A stretch of DNA of 64,000 nt from Tubulanus polymorphus (lineage: Eukaryota; Animalia; Nemertea): the NCBI RefSeq assembly GCF_964204645.1, contig NC_134028.1, positions 23,432,345-23,496,344 on the forward strand, read 5' to 3'. Position 1 is the first letter of the stretch. Every line of letters starts with the position of its first letter. Positions 57,101 to 64,000 of this stretch are shown here, one piece after another. The position numbers were made by a program, and so were the translations under genes. The notes beneath the pieces were generated by a model. That model saw only the letters and a program-made list of their open reading frames with translations, had not been told where the DNA came from and ran no database searches.

Positions 57101-59728
57101 TTTTCAAGAGATGAGAATTTCCAAAAGCGAGGAACAAGTCTAATGAAGCATCCGTCTGTTTTTATCTTCTGTCGTTTATCGATGCCAGCACTGATATCCC
57201 CTTGCACAGAAGTCGCGTTGAATTCCTCGTCGATTAAACTTGAAGGCATCAAAAATAATTAAAAATGAACGTAAAAACGCAGAAAAAATGAACAAGCGAA
57301 CTTCTAAATTCGGCCAGGGCGGATTTAGAGGGTGTTCTCGGAGGTCCAGACACCTACCTTCTCGTTGAGATTGTCCTTTTCGTTAAGACAGAGATCATTA
57401 AAACCCGTAAATTTGATATGGTCTTCCTCTCGTAAATTGGAAACTTTCGAATGTATTCCTTCAAAAAAAAAACTTGATACCGAGGTAGGAACCAAAATAG
57501 AGGCCTTTTCCTAGGCAGCTTTATTCGAGAAATGCCTTTTCTTTTCTTCTCAACCCCACCTTACAATTTCCCAGATCTGGCCCCGATTTGGTCTGAAGTA
57601 AGAGGGCATTTTGCTTCGAACGTCTTATAGAAGATGGATATCTTAATCACTTTCTATAAAATGCATTCTGGTCTTCATTTGAAGGTAAAATAGCTAGATC
57701 GATTACAAGCACTTGACATCGGTAAACCTCACAGTATAGCGAACGCGGCAAACCTTACTGTATTGAGAACGCGGCAAACCTCACTGTATAGAGAACGCGG
57801 CAAACCTCACTGTATAGAAAACGCGGCAAACCTCACTGTATAGCGAACGCGGCAAACCTCACTGTATAGCGAACGCGGCAAACCTCACTGTATAGAGAAC
57901 GCGGCAAATCTCACTGTATAGAGAACGCGGCAAACCTCACTGTATAGAGAACGCGGCAAACCTCACTGTATAGAAAACGCGGCAAACCTCACTGTATAGC
58001 GAACGCGGCAAACCTCACTGTATAGCGAACGCGGCAAACCTCACTGTATAGAGAACGCGGCAAACCTCACTGTATAGAGAACGCGGCAAACCTCACTGTA
58101 TAGCGAACGCGGCAAACCTCACTGTATAGAGAACGCGGCAAACCTCACTGTATAGAAAACGCGGCAAACCTCACTGTATAGCGAACGCGGCAAACCTCAC
58201 TGTATAGAGAACGCGGCAAACCTCACTGTATAGAGAACACGGCAAACCTCACTGTATAGAGAACGCGGCAAACCTCACTGTATAGAGAACACGGCAAACC
58301 TCACTGTATAGAGAACGCGGCAAACCTCACTGTATAGAGAACACGGCAAACCTCACTATATAGAGAACGCGGCAAACCTCACTGTATAGAGAACACGGCA
58401 AACCTCACTGTATAGAGAACACGGCAAACCTCACTGTATAGAGAACGCGGCAAACCTCACTGTATAGAGAACGCGGCAAACCTCACTGTATAGAGAACAC
58501 GGCAAACCTCACTGTATAGAGAACACGGCAAACCTCGCTGTATAGAGAACACGGCAAACCTCACTATATAGAGAACGCGGCAAACCTCACTGTATAGCGA
58601 ACGCGGCAAACCTCACTGTATAGAGAACACGGCAAACCTCACTGTATAGAGAACACGGCAAACCTCGCTGTATTGAGAACACGGCAAACCTCACTGTATA
58701 GAGAACGCGGCAAACCTCACTGTATTGAGAACGCGGCAAACCTCACTGTATAGCGAACGCGGCAAACCTCACTGTATAGAGAACGCGGCAAACCTCACTA
58801 TATAGAGAACGCGGCAAACCTCACTGTATAGAGAACACGGCAAACCTCACTATATAGAGAACGCGGCAAACCTCACTATATATAGAACGCGGCAAACCTC
58901 ACTGTATTGAGAACGCGGCAAACCTCCCTACATAGAGAACGCGGCAAACCTCCAGTTCGTCGACCAGAAAAAGAGTAACGTCAAAGCGGAACGTTTAGTC
59001 GAAGATGAATCACATATTAATGGTTAAAGTTTCCGATGCACGAAAACAACACAACTGAAGAATAACTGCTCGAGTCTTGAGTTTCAGCACAGTAAATCGT
59101 CAGGATATTATAAGCTTAAACATCCGATTTTATGGGAACTAGAAATTCCATTGCTAGCCGTAAATATGCCGTCACTTCAGTACTGGCTTTTGATGACATC
59201 GTAAAATTCGGACGGATGGCAATTTACGGTATTGCTTTTATAGTCTTCCCGGTGGACTTAATGATTCCATATATCAAATAGTTGGCGAAAAGTATCTCGG
59301 AATACTTTATTTTCCGTTCGATTTAATTCTAAGCAAAAAACCTGTTAAAGTAAATGCGACTCACCTTGAATAAACGGGTACATCTTACAAATGGCCGCTC
59401 CTAGGTACCAAGTATGGGTTACTCCTTCTACCATTTGGACCCACATCGGGCAGCACGACATGAGGAAATCAGCTACGGCCAGATTAGCTATGTAAATGTT
59501 AGTCGTACTTTTCATGTGTTTATTGAAGACGACCACACAAATGACGGCAATATTTCCGAAAAAGGCTACGATTATGATGACGACATAAACGATAATTTTC
59601 AAAGCGATTTCCCAGGTCGGGATATCGGCCGGTTTTGTATATTTTATTTCGGACAGATTATACGTCGGTGAACAGCCTTCTCGCGCTAATGCCAACAAGT
59701 CCAGGTTAGAAGTGTTACAAGTAGCCAT
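38917..59728 (-). CDS. Class A neuropeptide-type GPCR, paralogue 2, 436 aa, five coding exons
   Basis: Exons 59728-59365, 41636-41176, 40679-40575, 39406-39249 and 39139-38917 total 1311 nt in frame. Motifs and intron phases (1,0,0,2) match paralogue 1. The protein ends DGDTTL-TAA. Confidence 0.93.
39249..39406 (-). CDS. GPCR paralogue 2 exon 4 (TM7, helix 8)
   Basis: VMPWFVSFQFGSILMANCNSAMNPIIYAGLNENFRKGF; 158 nt, the same length as in paralogue 1. Confidence 0.92.
40575..40679 (-). CDS. GPCR paralogue 2 exon 3 (TM6)
   Basis: VLRMLFILLVVFMVCWVPFQVQYVYSVYRTDNGSQ; 105 nt; ctgcag| and CAG|GTGAGA. Confidence 0.92.
41176..41636 (-). CDS. GPCR paralogue 2 exon 2 (TM3-TM5)
   Basis: TTMCCSIFTMTAIACDRFFAVVFPLK...; acceptor tttttcag|, donor AAG|GTAAGC. 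Confidence 0.93.
43813..43880 (-). mobile_element. Possible tRNA-derived SINE head remnant
   Basis: The minus strand reads aagagggttcgatgccc (B-box-like), resembling the motif at ~7990. Confidence 0.25.
46800..47110. mobile_element. MITE-like element with degenerate TIRs
   Basis: Termini aagtcgcgatcacaag ... cgtatgatcgcggcct, with internal repeated ttggccc(g)gg motifs. Confidence 0.55.
55073..55093. repeat. (TA)n microsatellite
   Basis: About 10 TA units. Confidence 0.9.
57315..57586. mobile_element. Degenerate TIR element similar to the outer element at 22447
   Basis: Termini cagggcggatttag ... ccagatctggccccg. Confidence 0.4.
57721..58952. repeat. 26-bp tandem minisatellite, ~47 copies, in intron 1 of GPCR paralogue 2
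   Basis: Unit GAGAACGCGGCAAACCTCACTGTATA repeated head-to-tail with point variants (GCGAAC, GAAAAC, ACACGG, CTATATA, TATTGAG). No unique spacers. Confidence 0.98.
59365..59728 (-). CDS. GPCR paralogue 2 exon 1 (N-terminus, TM1, TM2, start of TM3)
   Basis: MATCNTSNLD...CKMYPFIQ; donor CAAG|GTGAGT; phase 1. Confidence 0.93.
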
Positions 59729-62351
59729 CGTTTTAATGTTTCTTAATAAAATCCCACTAATAAACAAACGTTAACGCACGCTTTATCGTTCAAACCGTAG
59801 TCGTCCATTGAAGTACATAGCTGTATGTTGCTCCATCGATATCACAGAAAATCTGCCCATTAATTCAATCTATGAAATCCTTTATCGAAATTCTTATCGT
59901 CTTGTTTTTAATAAAACGTTTTATGCTTTTTATCGTCTCTGGCAAATCATTTTTTTTCGCAATAATTTCATAGCGTCGTTCGATAAATCATCACGTCGAA
60001 AATTCATAAATTCTCGATCGTCTTCGGACCTCTTTCGCCGAGTCGAGGAATAGCTGCAGATCACAAAGCGATTTACACTTATATAGCGACGGAACGCGCT
60101 CATCTAGAAACACGGCATTAGCGCCATCATAATCGTTCACTGGTTGCCTAATCGGTCAAAACATCGCAAATATGTCCCCTCTTCTGAAATCCGAACTTCT
60201 CGATTCGACTAATTCTCCCCGGGAATGGGAACCGAGCCTGGACCGTGTGTAAGACCGAGCACCGTCAGAGCGTCTGGAGCGATAACTGTTGGAAGAAAAA
60301 TATCAGCAACGGACGGCAGCTCTCACTCGCCTGCGTGATCCGCACGCGTTCACTGACAAGAGCGCGCTCTCTTACAATTTCACTCGCCACTTACTTAACC
60401 CCACAATTTAACCTTATAATTTAGATTTTCCCTGGACGACATTTTGCCGTTTGAAGACATCACAGTGTATGTTAGCCATTGTGGTTTGACCATTTTTGTA
60501 CTTTATGTCCATCGCACACGTCGCAGGGAAACAGGAAAACACGGAATCACAGAAACACGGAATCGGATATGTTCAACCTCAGAAATATTGTTTTCCGAAT
60601 CATGTGTGTATAGTGTGCGTTTGGCTTTAGGTTGACCTTGGCAAAACTTTTGGGTTTCGGAAGTTAAGTGGATTTGCGGTAGTAACGAAAGATAATCATA
60701 AGGCACAAACAATAGTGCCGCATAATTTCATACTTTTATACATCGAGTCACGAACGTAATCTAGTATTAATCAATTTTCGAATATAAAAATTGTCGTCAC
60801 TGGCATTAGCTTGAAAAACAACAAAAAGCAATTTCATCGCAACGATTACTCTTGAGACCGTGTTTATCAGATCAACAACTATCCAATCTAGGAGATCGAT
60901 TTTCTCTAAACTGAATTCTCATACAATGAATTAGAATTGAATAGGTATTCGGAAACTAGACCTGTCTGCGCGAAAAAGATCTCGCGTTTGTTTTATTCAG
61001 AATGAAATATCCAGATGGAAATAATGTTCATAGGTTATTATTCAATAGTTCATAGGTTGCATTTAGATATGATGATAAACGAGTCTCGTATTCAAAATTA
61101 GAATTAGTTTGATCCATTAAATCATTTGCAATCCCAATTTCCATTCTCCCAAACATAGGCAATTTTGTTCTCTTTTTTTCACTATGAATATGCCTTCTGG
61201 GGGACGGAGTCGAACGCGTTTTAGACATTCAAAAGAATTTTCGTGGCTAAAAATGAACGCGTTTTCCTGGAATCGAAGCGCCTCTGAAACACTGGTTAGA
61301 TAAACACAATTAATCGTTTATCATTGACAAATGGCGATCGCATTGCAGTTTAAATACTGTGCTAAAAGTGTCCCTTAATGAGACGAGGGTATAGTGCCTG
61401 CAACGTAAACATAGACAATGTATAGTCCTTTACGTGGAATATGTAACCAAAGATTTGCACTGACACTTAAAAGTGTGCTTTTCTTCGATAAATATTAACT
61501 ATTAATAGAGCGATAATCATAACGGCGAATTCTACGTTCAGGTTGTCAGTTGAAGACTTTTTACTTAACAAGAAAAGCAAATGTCGTCTATTCATCTGAA
61601 GACCTCGTCTGACGCACGCATTGTTTCATGTAGCCAAAGCACTTGAACTGCCCTAGCAACTAGTTATTTCGTCGAAAGGCCAATAAAATGTTCACCTTGA
61701 ACTTACGATCAGATTTCCTCAAATTATCTAATATTTTATGAACATTAATGTCGCATATGATTAATGAAAATTCGTTTTCTGAATTTTGGCATAAGAAATT
61801 TTCATTCAATAATAATAAAATGTTTACAGCGCGTTGACATCGACTTGACAGACTTATCACGCGAATAAATCATGGCTCAAAAACAATTTTGATACGTGTT
61901 ATCGTGTAGTGAAATCTTTCATTCGTATCCCTTATATAATCCCTATATACCGCAGTCTTCATATAACGAAGGCGGAAATACCAGCCGATGGTGTCGTCAC
62001 AGCAGAGAGGATGGATCAAACTTGTTGGTACAAGTGACGCGTAAGCCGGAATCGTAGGTCGTCGACTATGGAGAGGTCGTGGAAATCCGGACACAAATCT
62101 GGTCCATATCAAACATTTGAGCCGCTGTCTGAATCTGCTCGAATATGAATTACCGGATTGCCGATGACACGCGTATTACTAAGGCTTATATGGCTGATTC
62201 TTAAACGCGTCAAGTCGAGTACAAGATGATTCTTTTTACTGAATATGGGCAGAACAGCCGAATTCCATTATCACAAAAAATATGAACTGCTGTCTGTAGC
62301 AAATAGACTGAATAAATGAAAAATCTTAAAAATCAACTGAGGCAAGTTGCT

Positions 62352-62450
62352 CATAATAATGATAATTATAATAGTAATGATAATACAATAATATACTAAT
62401 ATGTGTCTTATATAGTGCTAAATCCATCGAAGCTGCTCAGAGCGCTTAAG
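62352..62450 (-). mobile_element. 3' end of an L2-type LINE or L2-tailed SINE
   Basis: The minus strand reads aagcgctctgagcag...agcactatataag followed by an (ATT)-like low-complexity tail, resembling L2-family 3' termini as recalled from memory. Confidence 0.45.
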
Positions 62451-63167
62451 TTGGTTGGAGTTAGCTGTGGACAAATGCTTCAACTTCAACTACTGTTACT
62501 GGCATATTTGTTACCATTATTCGAGCAACCATGACCTCTGGCGCTACCAAGAATAAGTATTAACTACAGGAGTTTGATCGGAACTCAAACACCAAAATGA
62601 CTTTATTCTTGGATCTTGTTGATCTTTTTGATATTGAAATAACGACAAACTTCCCTATTATTGATTTGATGATTGATTTTTAGATTCAACTATACTTATT
62701 TGGTTTTTCCTATTTACAATACATTAAAGACGATTTGTTATGCACCTCAAGACCTTCCCCTACCCGGGAGTGCGCTCATGGATACAATTCACTTTGAGGA
62801 CCTCTGTTATCAAGCTTGTGTACTCTGGCTACTTTGTCCTTGTTTCTAGATTATTGCGCAGCTTACGTTTCGTCTCGTTTGACGATGATTTCACCAGACA
62901 CTGGACCCGTGTATATAATACTTGTGACATTTATACCCGGTTTTTCTGCTGCTTCGGAACCGACGCCGGCGCGAATCGAAACCTCTCACAGGCTAATGAC
63001 AGTTTATCTCTGCAACAAGTAGGATTTCGATACTATCATCATCTGCTGTCCACATCATTCGAAGAGACAAACCGAAACAAAGAGCTCGTGATAGGATAAA
63101 AAGTATTGATAACTCTCGAAAATCTACAAAGTACATGATGCTGAACTTAATCCGTTGACGGCAGAAG

Positions 63168-63500
63168 CTTAGTTTAGTTTAGTTTATTTGACGAACCCAT
63201 CAATTAGATACAAGCAAGTTGCAAAGAAACAATATGAGCACGTCAGGGGTACACAAAATACTAAGGATTGTCAAAGTTGAACCCCTGCTGCATAGATGAA
63301 TACAAATTCTAAAGTACAAAAAGCGGAAGAATGAGCGACAGTGACGAGGGTCTAGCAGTGACTATGATGATATCAAAAATAAAGAAGTATAAGTTGAGAC
63401 ATACATCTTGCTTACTTCAGGTGATAACAAGAAAGGAGGTTGAGTGTGGTTAATGCAGTTTTTGTGAGAAAGCTTCGCTGGAACCGAAAGCTATATCAAC
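63168..63500 (-). mobile_element. Degenerate non-LTR retrotransposon 3' end
   Basis: The minus strand ends AATAAA followed by (CTAAA)n. The upstream fragment translates FRFQRSFLTKT, reminiscent of the C-terminal RxxxSF motif of LINE ORF2. Confidence 0.35.
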
Positions 63501-64000
63501 AGTGATTGTTTTATTCTAGTATGTGAAAGGCTGATTAAGGAATCGAAAAAAAGGCTAGCCGGAAACCGCTGCTCGCGAAAACCAGCCTTTTTCTTATTCG
63601 TAAGTCCTGTGGTGGAAAGTTAAGCCCGTGACAGACTAGACGAATCGGTTTCTGATTGATGATTACTCCATCAGATGATTACTCCAAGCACGAACCAAGC
63701 ATGCTAGATAGTATGACCGCGAGTTTTTAATCAGGGATTATTAATTTAGCTCAGTCTATCACCTGCAACGAATAAATTCAGTTACAATATGCTATGATTG
63801 ATTTTAGTTCTAATAAATAGATTCGTTTGTCATCTGTTAAATTCTGTATAATAGTGGGTTTTAAACTTAAACCGTGAATGCTTCGTCGAAGAAATTCGCC
63901 TAGTCTGTCACGAGCTTTACTGTGACGTGGTTGTGTGTTTGTGTGTGTTGATGAAATTTAGCCGTTAGTAACGAGTGACATTTTTTGTGATTTCTTGTTT

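Noticed and set aside
57721-58952. CRISPR array
   Set aside because: The units are contiguous with no unique spacers, there are no cas genes, and the context is a eukaryotic intron.
62740-63099. 119-aa + strand ORF
   Set aside because: It has no motif or convincing splice context and lies between retroelement remnants.
1-64000. Autonomous transposase or reverse transcriptase gene, rRNA, prokaryotic operon or defence system
   Set aside because: No such ORF or motif was seen. Only short non-autonomous or decayed elements are present.

Overview
This is animal (invertebrate-like) nuclear DNA, not prokaryotic. It has GT-AG spliceosomal introns, AT-rich composition, no obvious CpG depletion, and many MITE/SINE/LINE remnants. 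The first 15 kb is gene-dense, with five genes: a two-TM orphan membrane protein (-), a ~834-aa secreted-pathway multi-pass membrane orphan whose ATG appears split by an intron (-), a two-exon orphan (+), a nine-exon secreted TIL-VWD-C8-TIL protein with an obligate 14-nt micro-exon and a peptide-like tail (+), and a single-coding-exon helical orphan (+). The remaining ~45 kb holds two paralogous five-exon class A neuropeptide-type GPCR genes arranged tail-to-tail, with identical intron positions and phases and first introns of 12.4 and 17.7 kb. The introns contain a perfect 110-bp inverted repeat, nested MITEs, a 195-bp duplication, a 26-bp satellite, at least seven CRE palindromes and an orphan antisense 15-nt micro-exon signal. 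All gene models were spliced by eye and checked for frame. No database searches were run, so family calls rest on motifs only, and I cannot confirm a previously undescribed system.
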